From Alphaproteobacteria bacterium (GTDB taxonomy: Bacteria > Pseudomonadota > Alphaproteobacteria > UBA9219), in contig JAFALY010000030.1 of the NCBI GenBank assembly GCA_019233975.1, positions 1,550 through 65,549 on the forward strand: a DNA stretch of 64,000 nucleotides, read 5' to 3'. The position numbers were made by a program, and so were the translations under genes. This document shows positions 28,688-39,573 of the stretch, piece by piece. Numbering within the stretch: position 1 is the stretch's first letter; the number at the start of each line of letters is the position of its first letter. The notes under the pieces were generated by a model. That model ran no database searches. It saw nothing but the letters and a program-made list of their open reading frames with translations, and had not been told where the DNA came from.

Positions 28688-29518
28688 CTAAAGCTTTAAG
28701 TCAGGGCGGCGGATTTCATAGAGCATCAACGCCGTCGCCATGGCGAGGTTTAACGAATCCGCGCCGCCGACCATCGGTATTTTAACGAGCGTTGTGCAAG
28801 CCTGCACGGTTTTGTCGCTCAGCCCCGGCCCTTCGCTACCCATCACCAACAATGTCGGCGCTTGATAGCTGCGACGATAATCCGCTTTGCTGGACAGATG
28901 CGTGCCGATGATTTCGCCCGGCCAGCCCTTCATGAAGGACGCAAAAGATTCATGCGACATCTTCACAAGCGGCACGCTGAAGATGGACCCCATACTGGCC
29001 CGCACAACTTCACGCGCATAAGCATCACAGCATGTGCCAATCAAAATAACGCCGCGCGCACCGACGGCATCCGCAGTGCGGATGATGGTACCCAGATTGC
29101 CGGGATCACGCACTTCTTCAAGCACCACCCAAACGCCTTTGGCATCCACATCCTTTTCAGGCATCCAACGTTGATGAAAAACGCCGATTACATTTTGCGG
29201 ATTATCGCGTGTAGAGAGCTTGGATAGCACCGCCTCTGCTGCCCGCAGGCATTGCGCCTTGGTGGTCTGCGCCCAAGCGACCAGATCACCCACGATACCC
29301 TGCGCCTTAGCCTCTTCTTCGATCAGCAGATACGAGGGTTCCCATCCCTGATCACGTGCAGTTGCAACAACCTTGGCCCCTTCGGCGACGAACAAGCCGG
29401 TTTCTTTGCGGGCCTTGCGTTGCTCGAGCGACCGGATGAGCTTCACGGTCTCATTCTGCAAACTGGTGATAAGCCGCAGCGCGGCCATGGCATCCTGCTT
29501 CATATCAAATATCCCCAT
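28688..29518 (-). CDS. TrmH/SpoU-family RNA 2'-O-methyltransferase (RlmB-like)
   Basis: SPOUT motifs NLGTIIRTADAVGA and LNLAMATALMLYEI. Start adjusted to MGIF/MKQ because the upstream gene ends at 29505. Confidence 0.8.
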   Translation of the reverse strand: MGIFDMKQDAMAALRLITSLQNETVKLIRSLEQRKARKETGLFVAEGAKVVATARDQGWEPSYLLIEEEAKAQGIVGDLVAWAQTTKAQCLRAAEAVLSKLSTRDNPQNVIGVFHQRWMPEKDVDAKGVWVVLEEVRDPGNLGTIIRTADAVGARGVILIGTCCDAYAREVVRASMGSIFSVPLVKMSHESFASFMKGWPGEIIGTHLSSKADYRRSYQAPTLLVMGSEGPGLSDKTVQACTTLVKIPMVGGADSLNLAMATALMLYEIRRPDLKL

Positions 29519-30407
29519 AATGCATGCGGGTATAAAGCGACGTGCCCAGCAGGCGGCCATCCTTGCCTTCCTCACGCAGAGCCAGCTCGCCGCTTGTAAA
29601 CTGGCGGCCCTCACCGGCAAAAACTTCTTTCATCAAAACATCTATCGACAAAAACGACGCGCGAATGGCATAGGATGTCATGACGACAAACCCTGCCTTG
29701 GGGTCTAGCACCTTTTGTATATCGCGCAGCAGATCCGGTACGTCGCGGAAGAAATCCCACACTTCACCCTCTGGTCCGCGCCCGAATTTGGGCGGATCCA
29801 CCAGAATGCCGTGATAGGTCTTGCCCCGCCGCGCCTCGCGCTGCACAAATTTACGCGCATCTTCTATGATCCACCGGATTTTGGCGTCACTCATGTCCGA
29901 CGCTTCCTGATTTTTCTTCGCCCAGGCTATCGCCTTTTTGGATGCGTCAACATGTGTGACCTCTGCACCTTCCGCCGCCGCCAACAAGGAGGCGACGCCC
30001 GTGTAGCCAAACAGGTTCAGCAGACGCGGTGCTTCGTTAGTCTTCTTGCCGTAATAACGCAGCCGCTCACGCATCCACTGCCAATGTGTATATTGTTCAG
30101 GAAACACGCCCAGATGCCTGAACGCGCTGAATTGACAAATGGCAGTCATTTCCATTACCGGCATGGCCCAGCTTTCCAGCGCCGTGTTACCGACGCGCCA
30201 GCGACCCTGGTCGGCTTCTTCATCGCCCACAAAAACGCCAACGGCCTTTTTCCAACTTTGCTGTGACAAGCGTGGCGCCCATAGGGCCTGCTGCTCGGGA
30301 CGTTCGACGATAATGTCGCCAAAACGCTCCAGCTTGCGGCCATGCCCGCTGTCCAGCAGGGCGTAGCCTTCAAAACCATCCATAATTTCCAGTGCAATAT
30401 CCATCAT
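29505..30407 (-). CDS. Class I SAM-dependent rRNA methyltransferase (RlmI/YccW-like, short form without PUA domain)
   Basis: LFGYTGVASLLAAAEGAEVTHVDASKKAI and ILVDPPKFGRG motifs. Confidence 0.6.
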   Translation of the reverse strand: MMDIALEIMDGFEGYALLDSGHGRKLERFGDIIVERPEQQALWAPRLSQQSWKKAVGVFVGDEEADQGRWRVGNTALESWAMPVMEMTAICQFSAFRHLGVFPEQYTHWQWMRERLRYYGKKTNEAPRLLNLFGYTGVASLLAAAEGAEVTHVDASKKAIAWAKKNQEASDMSDAKIRWIIEDARKFVQREARRGKTYHGILVDPPKFGRGPEGEVWDFFRDVPDLLRDIQKVLDPKAGFVVMTSYAIRASFLSIDVLMKEVFAGEGRQFTSGELALREEGKDGRLLGTSLYTRMHYGDI

Positions 30408-30489
30408 CCACTCCCCCGCCAGTCATAGCAGCCGCAGGCCGAAGGTAAAAGAGATTTGCCGTAACGCCCGTCCGCCCTATACTTGGCGC

Positions 30490-32574
30490 ATGCGGCCATC
30501 CATCCTGTTTCCCCTGTTTAAACCTTTATCCAGCCTGCGTGGCATTGGGCCGCGTCTGGCGCCGCTTTACCAAAAACTATGTGGCCCGTGCGTCGTTGAC
30601 GTGCTGTGGCATTTACCCAGCGGCCTGATTGACCGCAGTTATGCGCCTACACTGGCCACGGCAGAAAAAGACCGGGTTGTAACCCTGACGGTGAAGGTTG
30701 CCGAACATCAACCGCCGCGCAAGGCACGCCTGCCCTATCGCATTATTGCGGCACAGGGTCAGGCACAAATCACCATCGTCTATTTTAACGCCAAGGGTGA
30801 TTATCTCACCAAGCTGTACCCCACAGGTTCCTCGGTTGTTATCAGCGGCGTTATTGAGAGGTATCGCGATGGCTGGGTGATGAACCATCCGGACTATGTT
30901 TTGCCACCGGAACGCGCGAGCGAGATTCCACGGTATGAGCCAGTTTACCCGATGACCGAGGGCATTGGTGGCAAGATGCTGCGCAAAACAATACAGCAAG
31001 CCTTGGCCCTGCTGCCTGATCTCCCGGAATGGCAGGATGCCAGCCTGTTGAAGCGCGAAAAATGGCCGGCATGGAAAGACGCCGTGTTGTGCGTGCATCA
31101 ACCGACAGCAGATAATCAGGCCCTGAACGTGTTAGCGCGACGACGGTTGGCCTATGACGAATTATTGGCCGACCAGCTGGCTCTTGCCGTTATCCGACAG
31201 CACCATCGCGCCGCCTCGGGCCGCGGCATGCCGGGTACGCGCACGTTACAGGACAAACTGACCCAAACCCTGCCGTTTAAACTCACACACGGGCAGTTGC
31301 AGGCCGTTGCAGAAATCAGCGCCGACATGAAATCGTCGCATCGTATGCTACGCCTGTTACAAGGCGATGTCGGATCCGGCAAAACGCTGGTCGCCCTGAT
31401 GGCAATGCTGCAGGCGGCCGAGTCAGGGGTTCAGGCCGCGCTGATGGCACCAACTGAAATCCTCGCCAAACAGCATTTTCAAAAGATGCAGGAATTTTTG
31501 TCGCCGCTGGGTATCGATATTGGTCTGCTCATCGGCAAAGGACGTGGCCAGACAGACCGCAGCGACGTGAAACAGCGACTGGCTGACGGCACGTTGAAAC
31601 TGGTAGTCGGCACCCATGCGTTGTTTCAATCCGATGTCGCATTTCACGATCTTGGGCTGGCGATCGTCGATGAACAACACCGTTTTGGTGTTAATCAGCG
31701 CCTGCAACTCTCGGAAAAAGGGCGCGGCGTCGATATTCTTGTCATGACGGCAACGCCAATACCGCGCACGCTGACATTGACCACCTTTGGCGATATGGAC
31801 ATATCGCACCTGACGGAAAAACCTGCAGGACGGCAACCCATCGACACGCGCCTGATCGATAGCGCGCGTTTGGACGATGTCATCGACGGCATCAGGCGGC
31901 AAACCGCCAAAGGGGCGCAGGCCTATTGGGTTTGCCCACTGGTGTCGGAATCGGAAATAAGCGATCTGGCCGCAGCCACGGCACGGGCTGATTTGCTAAG
32001 TGAGCGTTTAGGCAAAGACAAAGTCGGGCTGGTACACGGGCAGATGGCCGCCGAAGAGAAAGATCACACCATGGCCGCTTTCGCCACCGGAGACCTGCGC
32101 GTTCTGGTAGCAACCACGGTCATCGAAGTCGGTGTTGATGTTCCGAATGCTACCCTCATGGTCATTGAACATGCTGAGCGTTTTGGTTTGTCGCAATTGC
32201 ACCAATTACGTGGCCGTGTAGGGCGTGGCGCGGATAAATCAACCTGCCTGTTGATGTATCAGGGGCCCTTGGGCGAGACAGCGGCTGCACGCCTGAAATT
32301 GCTGCGCGAAACGGAAGATGGCTTCCGCATTGCGGAGGAAGATCTACGCTTGCGCGGTGCTGGTGAAATATTGGGTACGCGCCAAAGCGGCATGCCCGAG
32401 TACCGCATGGCGGATTTGTCCCGCGACGGCGACTTACTCGATATCGCGCATGATGATACCAAGCTGATCCTGAGTCGCGACGCCGATCTGACCACCGCCC
32501 GAGGCAAGGCATTGCGCACCCTCCTCTATCTCTTCGCGCGGGACGCTTCTGTATTATTATTGCGCGCAGGATAG
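30490..32574 (+). CDS. recG: ATP-dependent DNA helicase RecG
   Basis: Wedge domain plus helicase motifs LQGDVGSGKTLVA, DEQHRFGV, and the TRG motif region. Confidence 0.92.
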   Translation: MRPSILFPLFKPLSSLRGIGPRLAPLYQKLCGPCVVDVLWHLPSGLIDRSYAPTLATAEKDRVVTLTVKVAEHQPPRKARLPYRIIAAQGQAQITIVYFNAKGDYLTKLYPTGSSVVISGVIERYRDGWVMNHPDYVLPPERASEIPRYEPVYPMTEGIGGKMLRKTIQQALALLPDLPEWQDASLLKREKWPAWKDAVLCVHQPTADNQALNVLARRRLAYDELLADQLALAVIRQHHRAASGRGMPGTRTLQDKLTQTLPFKLTHGQLQAVAEISADMKSSHRMLRLLQGDVGSGKTLVALMAMLQAAESGVQAALMAPTEILAKQHFQKMQEFLSPLGIDIGLLIGKGRGQTDRSDVKQRLADGTLKLVVGTHALFQSDVAFHDLGLAIVDEQHRFGVNQRLQLSEKGRGVDILVMTATPIPRTLTLTTFGDMDISHLTEKPAGRQPIDTRLIDSARLDDVIDGIRRQTAKGAQAYWVCPLVSESEISDLAAATARADLLSERLGKDKVGLVHGQMAAEEKDHTMAAFATGDLRVLVATTVIEVGVDVPNATLMVIEHAERFGLSQLHQLRGRVGRGADKSTCLLMYQGPLGETAAARLKLLRETEDGFRIAEEDLRLRGAGEILGTRQSGMPEYRMADLSRDGDLLDIAHDDTKLILSRDADLTTARGKALRTLLYLFARDASVLLLRAG

Positions 32575-32688
32575 ATCAAAGTACTGGTCAATTACTTATT
32601 TCATTGATTACAGCAATCAAATTGCTACGCTAAGTAATTGATTTTTTTAATCATTTAGTGTATTGATTTTATTGGTTGTTTCATCGAG

Positions 32689-32880
32689 GTGACTATGGGC
32701 CTTAGTTATGGTGACGCTTCCTGGTTAGATGATACCTATGCCTTCGGCGGCGGCGACGATGACGGTCTGCCCGTTATTGTGAAGACCTTTAAGCGTGTCC
32801 GGGCCAAACGCACCCTTTTCGACATTTTGATACAATTTACAGAGGCCAAAGTGGTCACAAGAACCGTTTTACTGCCCTAA
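32689..32880 (+). CDS. Hypothetical small protein (63 aa) in the AT-rich region upstream of rpmH
   Basis: ORF only, with an acidic Gly/Asp-rich stretch. No motif recognised. Confidence 0.2.
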   Translation: MTMGLSYGDASWLDDTYAFGGGDDDGLPVIVKTFKRVRAKRTLFDILIQFTEAKVVTRTVLLP

Positions 32881-33005
32881 ACGCCCCAATTTTCGCCGTT
32901 AACCAATTGGCCCTGATGGCTTTTATCTAAAAACAACACGCATTGTTTGACTCCGGTGCGTCAAGACATTATAAAGCGCGCTCTTGAGAAATAGTGAGCC
33001 GTAAC

Positions 33006-33140
33006 ATGAAACGTACATTTCAACCCAGCAAGCTGGTCCGCAAGCGCCGTCATGGCTTCCGCGCCCGCATGGCCACCAAGACTGGCCGTCAGGTTCTGAG
33101 CCGCCGCCGCGCGCAGGGCCGCAAGCGTCTGTCGGCTTAA
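33006..33140 (+). CDS. rpmH: 50S ribosomal protein L34
   Basis: [44 protein letters not shown]. Nearly invariant L34 sequence. Not in the ORF track because it is under 60 aa. Confidence 0.9.
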   Translation: MKRTFQPSKLVRKRRHGFRARMATKTGRQVLSRRRAQGRKRLSA

Positions 33141-33154
33141 GACCGACCGCATGA

Positions 33155-33520
33155 ATGTCGACTGAAACCGGCATTCCGCGCACGCTACCGACCCTCCGCC
33201 GCCGCGCCGAATTTCTGGCTGTGGCCGCGACAGGGAAAAAATGGGTAACCCCCGGACTAATTCTACAAATCGGCAAAGCCGATAATGCGCCCGTGCATCC
33301 ACGTTTTGGGCTGACCGCCACCAAAAAAATTGGCAATGCCGTTACGCGCAACCGCGCACGCCGCCGCCTGCGCGCGCTGGCGCAACAGATGCTGCGCCAA
33401 CATGCCGTGCCGCGCGACTATGTGCTTATCGCCCGCTTTGATACGGCCACACGCGACTTTGAAACGCTACGCAAAGACCTGACGACCGCTTTGAGAAAAA
33501 CCGGTTGCTGGCATGATTAG
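33155..33520 (+). CDS. rnpA: RNase P protein component
   Basis: Basic ~120 aa protein following rpmH. RNR motif region [17 protein letters not shown]. Confidence 0.85.
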   Translation: MSTETGIPRTLPTLRRRAEFLAVAATGKKWVTPGLILQIGKADNAPVHPRFGLTATKKIGNAVTRNRARRRLRALAQQMLRQHAVPRDYVLIARFDTATRDFETLRKDLTTALRKTGCWHD

Positions 33521-33752
33521 CTTCGAGCCAATTATAACCGCCTTGCTGCGCGGCATGATTTTCATCTATCGCCATACATTCTCATATTTCATCGGTAGGC
33601 AGTGCCGCTTTACACCCACTTGTTCCGCCTACGCAGACGAAGCATTACGTATACATGGCGCGCGGCGCGGCGGGCGGTTGGCCATGCGTCGTATTTGCCG
33701 ATGCCATCCCTGGGGCGGGCAAGGACGCGACCCCGTACCACCTGTTACATGA
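33513..33752 (+). CDS. yidD: Membrane protein insertion efficiency factor YidD
   Basis: [39 protein letters not shown]. Confidence 0.85.
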   Translation: MISFEPIITALLRGMIFIYRHTFSYFIGRQCRFTPTCSAYADEALRIHGARRGGRLAMRRICRCHPWGGQGRDPVPPVT

Positions 33753-33817
33753 CAGGCTTGCCATCTGTCGCGCAAAAGGTGACACTGGCCCCGGTTTTGT
33801 TTACTGCCTGATGGTCT

Positions 33818-34867
33818 ATGTTTCTTTCGCCACGCACATGGTCGCCGCTTAACCAGCGCCGCTGGTCGCATTTCCGCGCGAACCGTCGCGGCTTCTGGTC
33901 GTTATGGATCTTTCTATTCCTGTTCTTTATGACGCTGGGTGCAGAACTTATCGCCAACGACAAGCCCCTGATCGTCGATTTTAACGGCCAGTTTTATTTC
34001 CCGATGCTGGTCAGCTATCCGGAAACCACATTCGGCGGCGAGTTTGAAACAGAGACACGTTTCCGCGACCCCTACGTCAAGAACCTGATCGAATCCAAGG
34101 GGTGGATGTTGTGGCCGCCCATCCCCTATTCCTACGACACCATCAATTACGACCTACCGCAACCCGCCCCCTCCCCGCCCGATGCCAACAACTGGTTGGG
34201 CACGGATGATCAGGGGCGTGATGTGCTGGCGCGCATTATCTATGGCTTTCGTATTTCGGTGATGTTCGGCCTGACGCTGACATTCTTTTCATCCATCATC
34301 GGTGTCGCCACGGGCGCGGTACAGGGTTATTTCGGTGGCCTGACTGACCTTGCCATGCAACGCGTGATCGAGATATGGGGCGGCATGCCGGTTCTATACC
34401 TTCTCATCATCATGGCGTCGCTGGTGCAGCCAAACTTCTGGTGGTTGTTGCTACTCATGCTGTTTTTCTCATGGATGTCGCTGGTGCATGTTGTACGCGC
34501 CGAGTTTCTGCGCGCTCGCAATTTTGACTATGTCCGCGCCGCCAAGGCATTGGGCGCCAACGACAGCACCATCATGTTCAAACATATTCTGCCGAATGCT
34601 ATGGTCGCCACGCTGACCTACCTGCCTTTTGTGTTGAACCATGCCATTACGACACTGACCGCGCTGGACTTCCTTGGCTTTGGCTTACCGCCCGGTTCCC
34701 CCTCGCTGGGCGAATTGCTTAATCAGGGCAAAAATAATTTACAGGCGCCGTGGCTCGGTATCAGTGCATTCGCCGTCCTGGCCCTGATGCTGACGCTCCT
34801 GATCTTTATCGGCGAAGCGGTGCGCGACGCCTTTGACCCGCGCAAGTTACAGAGTACGCACAAATGA
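33818..34867 (+). CDS. yejE: Microcin C / oligopeptide-type ABC transporter permease YejE
   Basis: LGTDDQGRDVLARIIYGFRISVMFGL. Six-TM BPD-transporter permease with an N-terminal extension typical of YejE. Confidence 0.8.
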   Translation: MFLSPRTWSPLNQRRWSHFRANRRGFWSLWIFLFLFFMTLGAELIANDKPLIVDFNGQFYFPMLVSYPETTFGGEFETETRFRDPYVKNLIESKGWMLWPPIPYSYDTINYDLPQPAPSPPDANNWLGTDDQGRDVLARIIYGFRISVMFGLTLTFFSSIIGVATGAVQGYFGGLTDLAMQRVIEIWGGMPVLYLLIIMASLVQPNFWWLLLLMLFFSWMSLVHVVRAEFLRARNFDYVRAAKALGANDSTIMFKHILPNAMVATLTYLPFVLNHAITTLTALDFLGFGLPPGSPSLGELLNQGKNNLQAPWLGISAFAVLALMLTLLIFIGEAVRDAFDPRKLQSTHK

Positions 34868-36456
34868 CTCTGCTGACCGTCAACAATCTCTCTGTCTCTT
34901 TTGGTCGTGGCATAACGCGTCAAGACGTCGTGCATGATGTTTCGTTCTCCATCGAACGCGGGGAAACGCTGGCGCTGGTCGGCGAGTCCGGGTCCGGCAA
35001 GTCCGTGACGGCGCTTTCTATTCTTCAGCTCCTACCCTACCCCAACGCGTGGCACCCGTCGGGCAGCATCGTTCTGGATGACCACGAATTAGTGAACGCA
35101 TCGCCCGCCCTGTTACAATCTGTGCGCGGAAACAAGATCGCGATGATTTTTCAGGAACCAATGACATCGCTGAACCCACTGCACACGATTGAGAAGCAGA
35201 TTGGCGAAGTCCTGTTTTTGCATAAGAAACTGACGCCGCCGCAGGCCAGAGAACGCGTGATTGAGCTGCTTACGCTCGTCGGCCTGCCGCATCCGGAAAA
35301 ACGCCTTGGCTCTTACCCGCACGAACTGTCCGGCGGGCAGCGTCAGCGTGTGATGATCGCTATGGCTTTGGCGAATGATCCGGCCCTTTTGATCGCCGAC
35401 GAACCGACAACCGCGCTGGATGTGACCATTCAGGCGCAAATCCTGAAGTTACTGAAGGGATTGCAACAAAAGCTCGGCATGTCCCTGCTGCTCATCACGC
35501 ATGATCTGGGCATTGTCCGCGCGATAGCCGACCGCGTAGCCGTTATGCAAAAAGGCACGTTGGTTGAGCAAGGACCGGTTGCCGAGATATTCTCAGCCCC
35601 GCAACACCCTTATACGCAGATGCTGCTGGCCGCTGAACCCAAAGGCAGCGTGGCAGGTTTGCCCGATAGTGCGCCTGCTTTGCTGTCCACAACGGATGTG
35701 AAAGTTCACTTCCCCATCAGGAAGGGTGTGTTCCGCAAGATTGTGGACAGTATCCGCGCTGTGGATGGCGTCAGCATGACGGTACGCGCAGGAGAAACCG
35801 TCGGCATCGTCGGCGAGTCCGGCTCCGGCAAAACAACGTTGGGGCTTGCCTTGCTGCGGCTGGTTGCCTCAACCGGTGATATTGTTTTTGCCGGACAAAA
35901 TCTGGCGCAACTGAGCCGTAAGCAAATGCGCCCTTTGCGACAGTCGTTGCAAATGGTTTTCCAGGATCCCTTTGGCAGCCTGAGCCCGCGCATGAGCATC
36001 GGCGATATTATTGCCGAGGGGTTGGATATCCATGAACCAGAAACGCTGCAAACCATAAGGGCCCAGCGCATTATTGATGCCCTGATCGAAGTCGGCCTGG
36101 ATCCCGCTATGCGCGACCGTTACCCGCATGAATTTTCTGGCGGGCAGCGTCAACGCATCGCTATTGCCCGCGCATTGATATTGAAACCAAAGCTGATTGT
36201 TCTGGATGAACCGACATCCGCGCTTGATATGTCCGTGCAGGCGCAGATCATCGACTTACTACGCGGCCTGCAAAATAAATACGGCCTGTCCTATCTATTT
36301 ATCAGCCATGATCTGCGCGTTGTCCGCGCCATGTCGCATCATATCATCGTCATGAAAAATGGCATGGTGGTGGAGCAAGGCACAGCGGGCCAAATCTTCA
36401 CAAATCCGCAACAGGATTACACGAAGACCTTGTTGTCGGCCGCGCTGAACAAATAA
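34864..36456 (+). CDS. yejF: ABC transporter ATP-binding protein YejF (duplicated ABC domains)
   Basis: Two Walker A motifs ([16 protein letters not shown]) and two LSGGQRQR signatures. ~530 aa. Confidence 0.85.
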   Translation: MTLLTVNNLSVSFGRGITRQDVVHDVSFSIERGETLALVGESGSGKSVTALSILQLLPYPNAWHPSGSIVLDDHELVNASPALLQSVRGNKIAMIFQEPMTSLNPLHTIEKQIGEVLFLHKKLTPPQARERVIELLTLVGLPHPEKRLGSYPHELSGGQRQRVMIAMALANDPALLIADEPTTALDVTIQAQILKLLKGLQQKLGMSLLLITHDLGIVRAIADRVAVMQKGTLVEQGPVAEIFSAPQHPYTQMLLAAEPKGSVAGLPDSAPALLSTTDVKVHFPIRKGVFRKIVDSIRAVDGVSMTVRAGETVGIVGESGSGKTTLGLALLRLVASTGDIVFAGQNLAQLSRKQMRPLRQSLQMVFQDPFGSLSPRMSIGDIIAEGLDIHEPETLQTIRAQRIIDALIEVGLDPAMRDRYPHEFSGGQRQRIAIARALILKPKLIVLDEPTSALDMSVQAQIIDLLRGLQNKYGLSYLFISHDLRVVRAMSHHIIVMKNGMVVEQGTAGQIFTNPQQDYTKTLLSAALNK

Positions 36457-36459
36457 CAC

Positions 36460-36945
36460 TTAACCACGTTCCCGCATAACGCGCGCTTTATCGCGCTCAA
36501 ACTCGCGCTTCTTGATGGTATCGCGCTTGTCGGATTTATGTTTGCCTTTGGCAAGCCCCAGCTCAACTTTGGCCAAACCGCGTTTGTTGAAATAAATGCC
36601 CAGCGGCACGATAGTCACACCATCGCGGTTAACCTGCCCCATGAGTTTCTGCATCTGCTTTTTATGCAACAACAACTTTCTGGCGCGACGGGTTTCATGC
36701 TGCAGATGTTTACCGGCCTGATTATATTCCGGGATATAAGCGTTGACGAGGTACAAAGCGCCTTCCTTAGGTGTCGCAAAAGCTTCCTGAATGCTGGCCT
36801 GACCCGTGCGCAGCATTTTCACTTCGGTTCCCGCCAGCACAATGCCGGCTTCGACCGTGTCAGTGATAAAGTAGTTGAAACGCGCCTTGCGGTTCATGGC
36901 CACATAACGCTGCGCTTCGGTTCTTTGTTTGTCATTCGTCGTCAT
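36460..36945 (-). CDS. smpB: SsrA-binding protein
   Basis: NRKARFNYFI...GIVLAGTEVKM...LLLHKKQ, the SmpB signature. The track ORF is extended far upstream; the real start is MTTNDKQ. Confidence 0.9.
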   Translation of the reverse strand: MTTNDKQRTEAQRYVAMNRKARFNYFITDTVEAGIVLAGTEVKMLRTGQASIQEAFATPKEGALYLVNAYIPEYNQAGKHLQHETRRARKLLLHKKQMQKLMGQVNRDGVTIVPLGIYFNKRGLAKVELGLAKGKHKSDKRDTIKKREFERDKARVMRERG

Positions 36946-37038
36946 AATCATCAGATTTAACCGACACACCCCACCCGCGACAAGCGCAAACCGGCATAAA
37001 AAGGTGACGTACATGGTGAAATTTGTTATCTGGGAGGC

Positions 37039-38985
37039 ATGAATCGCTTTTGTTCCCTGTTTTGCCTGTTCCTGTTCTGTCTGTTTTCCGTCCCCCGTGG
37101 TGGTGCAGCTGCCAATCTGGATACGCAGAATTATCGCCGCGCCTTTTCCCTTTTGGATGCGGGGCGTGTTGAGGAAGCAGCGCATTTCGCGGAACATGGC
37201 CACGACCCCAGCCTGAACAAAGTGCTGATGGGCTATTACATGGCCCAACCAGGCAACGACGTTCCGTTTGGCGAGTTGCTGACCTTCATTACACAAAACC
37301 CTGACTGGCCGAACCTGAAGGGCATCATCGCCATTGCCGAACAGAAGATACCCGGCAACGCTACGCCGCAACAAATCGTCAACTGGTTTAACGCCCACCC
37401 GCCACAGACCATTATGGGTTTTTACCGCTATGCCGATGCACTGGGCGCCAACAACATGGGTGACAAGTTACGTGAGGTTATACGTAACCGTTGGGTGGAT
37501 GGTGACTTTTCAATTGAGGAACAGGCCGCCTTTCTGGCGCGGTTCGGCAATTACCTGACCGAGGCCGAATATGCCGACCGCCTGAACAAGCTTTTGTGGC
37601 GCGACCAGTTCACCGAAGCGCGGCGTATGTTCCCGCTTGTGAGTGAAACAACGCGAGCAGTCGCCGAAGCCCGCCTTGCCCTTATGGGGCACACGGGCAG
37701 CGCGTCGTCAATCCTTTCACGCGTACCGTCCGATGCGCGTGATGATGCGGGCCTGATTTTCGAACAATTGCGCTGGGCTGTCCGTAACAATCAGGACGCG
37801 GATGCTGAAGACATTCTTCTGTCACCACCCGCAGACCTCGGCAAACCTGAAGCCTGGTGGGAGCAACGGCAGATTATCATCCGCCGCGCGATTGAACGGC
37901 ACGACTTTGCCCGAGCTTTCCGGCTTGCCGTGCTGCATGGCCAGACGGAACCCAAGCAGGTTGCGCAGGCGGAGTTTCTGGCAGGCTGGCTTGCGCTGCG
38001 CTTTTTGAATGAACCGCAAGCTGCCCTTGAACATTTCCAGGCGCTGTATGATGCCTCCAGTACGCCCATTTCACGCGCGCGCGGCGCCTATTGGCTGGGC
38101 CGCACCTATGAGGCATTAGGCAACAGGAGCGAAGCCGAGCAGGCTTATGAAAACGCTGCCGCGATGAATATCACCTTCTACGGACAATTGGCCGCAACGC
38201 GCCTGCAAGCCAACCCTGTCATTCGCGCAACGCCTGAGCCAACCATTCCGGTCGCCGCACGTAATGCCTATTTGATGCAGGACAATATCCGCGCCATTGA
38301 AAAACTGAATGATATGGGCGAACGTGATCGGGCGCGGTTGTTTTTCCATGCGGCGATGGAGGCCGCGCACAGGCGCGCCGATTTTGCCCTGCTGACGGAA
38401 ATCGCCTACCGGCTTGAACGGCCCGATCTGGCGATCGAAGCGGCCAAGAACGCGAACCAGAAAAACATGTTGATGACGGCGGGTGGCTTTCCCGTTCTGG
38501 AAAACAAATTGCCTGAGCCGCCAGAGCCAGCCTTCACACATGCCCTTATTCGCCAGGAAAGTATGTTTAATGCCGATGCTGCCAGCGGCGCGGGAGCCAA
38601 AGGCCTGATGCAGTTGATGCCGTCAACCGCAAAATCTGTCGCACGCAAAATGGATATACGTTACCGCCCGAACCAGTTGGGCGACCCGAATTACAACCTG
38701 CGCCTTGGCACCCGCTTTGTTCAGGATCAGATTGAATCCTTCGACGGTTCCTATGTTCTGGCGCTGGCGGGCTATAACGCAGGGCCGCACCGCGTCCGGG
38801 AGTGGATGAGCCAGATCGGCGACCCGCGCAGCGGCAATGTCGATCCGGTTGACTGGATTGAATTGATCCCGATTGCAGAAACCAGAAACTATGTACAGAG
38901 AATCATTGAGAATCTTCAGGTCTACCGGGCACGTCTGAATGGCGGGCAGGCTCCCCTATTGATTCTAAAGGATTTAAAAAGATAG
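37039..38985 (+). CDS. Soluble lytic murein transglycosylase (Slt family)
   Basis: Signal peptide, superhelical N-terminal domain, C-terminal SLT domain ALIRQESMFNADAASGAGAKGLMQLMPSTA. Confidence 0.8.
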   Translation: MNRFCSLFCLFLFCLFSVPRGGAAANLDTQNYRRAFSLLDAGRVEEAAHFAEHGHDPSLNKVLMGYYMAQPGNDVPFGELLTFITQNPDWPNLKGIIAIAEQKIPGNATPQQIVNWFNAHPPQTIMGFYRYADALGANNMGDKLREVIRNRWVDGDFSIEEQAAFLARFGNYLTEAEYADRLNKLLWRDQFTEARRMFPLVSETTRAVAEARLALMGHTGSASSILSRVPSDARDDAGLIFEQLRWAVRNNQDADAEDILLSPPADLGKPEAWWEQRQIIIRRAIERHDFARAFRLAVLHGQTEPKQVAQAEFLAGWLALRFLNEPQAALEHFQALYDASSTPISRARGAYWLGRTYEALGNRSEAEQAYENAAAMNITFYGQLAATRLQANPVIRATPEPTIPVAARNAYLMQDNIRAIEKLNDMGERDRARLFFHAAMEAAHRRADFALLTEIAYRLERPDLAIEAAKNANQKNMLMTAGGFPVLENKLPEPPEPAFTHALIRQESMFNADAASGAGAKGLMQLMPSTAKSVARKMDIRYRPNQLGDPNYNLRLGTRFVQDQIESFDGSYVLALAGYNAGPHRVREWMSQIGDPRSGNVDPVDWIELIPIAETRNYVQRIIENLQVYRARLNGGQAPLLILKDLKR

Positions 38986-39059
38986 CCAATCCGCCCACTT
39001 TTTTGTTACAATGGCGTGCCAAGTTCGGGGTTATCTGTAGCATGCTCACGGTAGGGGAT

Positions 39060-39380
39060 ATGCAGGACTGGATTCTCGCTTTTGCCTCTGTTACCGCTCT
39101 CTCTGTCACCGCGTTCGTGATCGTTGCCGTCATGTGGTTGAAGAGACTGCGTGAAACGGTATCCGCAACATTGACGGAATCGGCTAATCAACAGGTGCGC
39201 ACGGCGCAACGCCTCAGCGACCAGATTGCCCAATTACAAAAACAGCAACGTCACTATGAACAACAATTACAGGTTTTGGCGCAGACCAGTACCCAGTTGC
39301 GCCAAGGGTTGGTGAGTGTCGCGACACGTCTGGAAAACAACCAGACAGAGACACCGCGCAGCGACTATACGCTGCATTAA
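39060..39380 (+). CDS. Hypothetical single-pass membrane protein with a Gln-rich coiled coil
   Basis: TM helix ILAFASVTALSVTAFVIVAVMWL followed by a Q-rich helix. Start at MQDWIL. Confidence 0.4.
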   Translation: MQDWILAFASVTALSVTAFVIVAVMWLKRLRETVSATLTESANQQVRTAQRLSDQIAQLQKQQRHYEQQLQVLAQTSTQLRQGLVSVATRLENNQTETPRSDYTLH

Positions 39381-39486
39381 TTCGGCTTCCTGCACAGTCA
39401 GTCGGTAGGCAGCCATTCTGCAACAGTGTGGCGAAATATCACTGTTTCAACATCATACCGCCACCTTCGTTGTAGACAATGAAACG

Positions 39487-39517
39487 GTGAAACCTTAGAT
39501 AAATATAAGAGTTTCAC
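39487..39517. promoter_or_regulatory. Inverted repeat GTGAAAC-N17-GTTTCAC with additional TGAAAC/GTTTCA copies (39444, 39480), upstream of the HNH endonuclease gene
   Basis: Perfect 7-bp inverted repeat plus two more hexamer copies within 75 bp of non-coding DNA. Confidence 0.35.
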
Positions 39518-39573
39518 GATTCGGCCGGTTGACGCGAAGGGTCGTTGTCTGGCTGCATTTGGGAGGTACGGTT

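Noticed and set aside
32575-33005. Possible replication origin (AT-rich, repeats, next to rpmH)
   Set aside because: No DnaA boxes (TTATCCACA/TGTGGATAA) seen. Alphaproteobacterial oriC is normally near hemE, not rpmH. Kept only as a regulatory or rearrangement observation.
36460-37398. 312-aa ORF as a single gene
   Set aside because: Only the C-terminal 161 aa match SmpB. The N-terminal 150 aa are an in-frame read-through with no motifs, so the gene was trimmed to 36460..36945.
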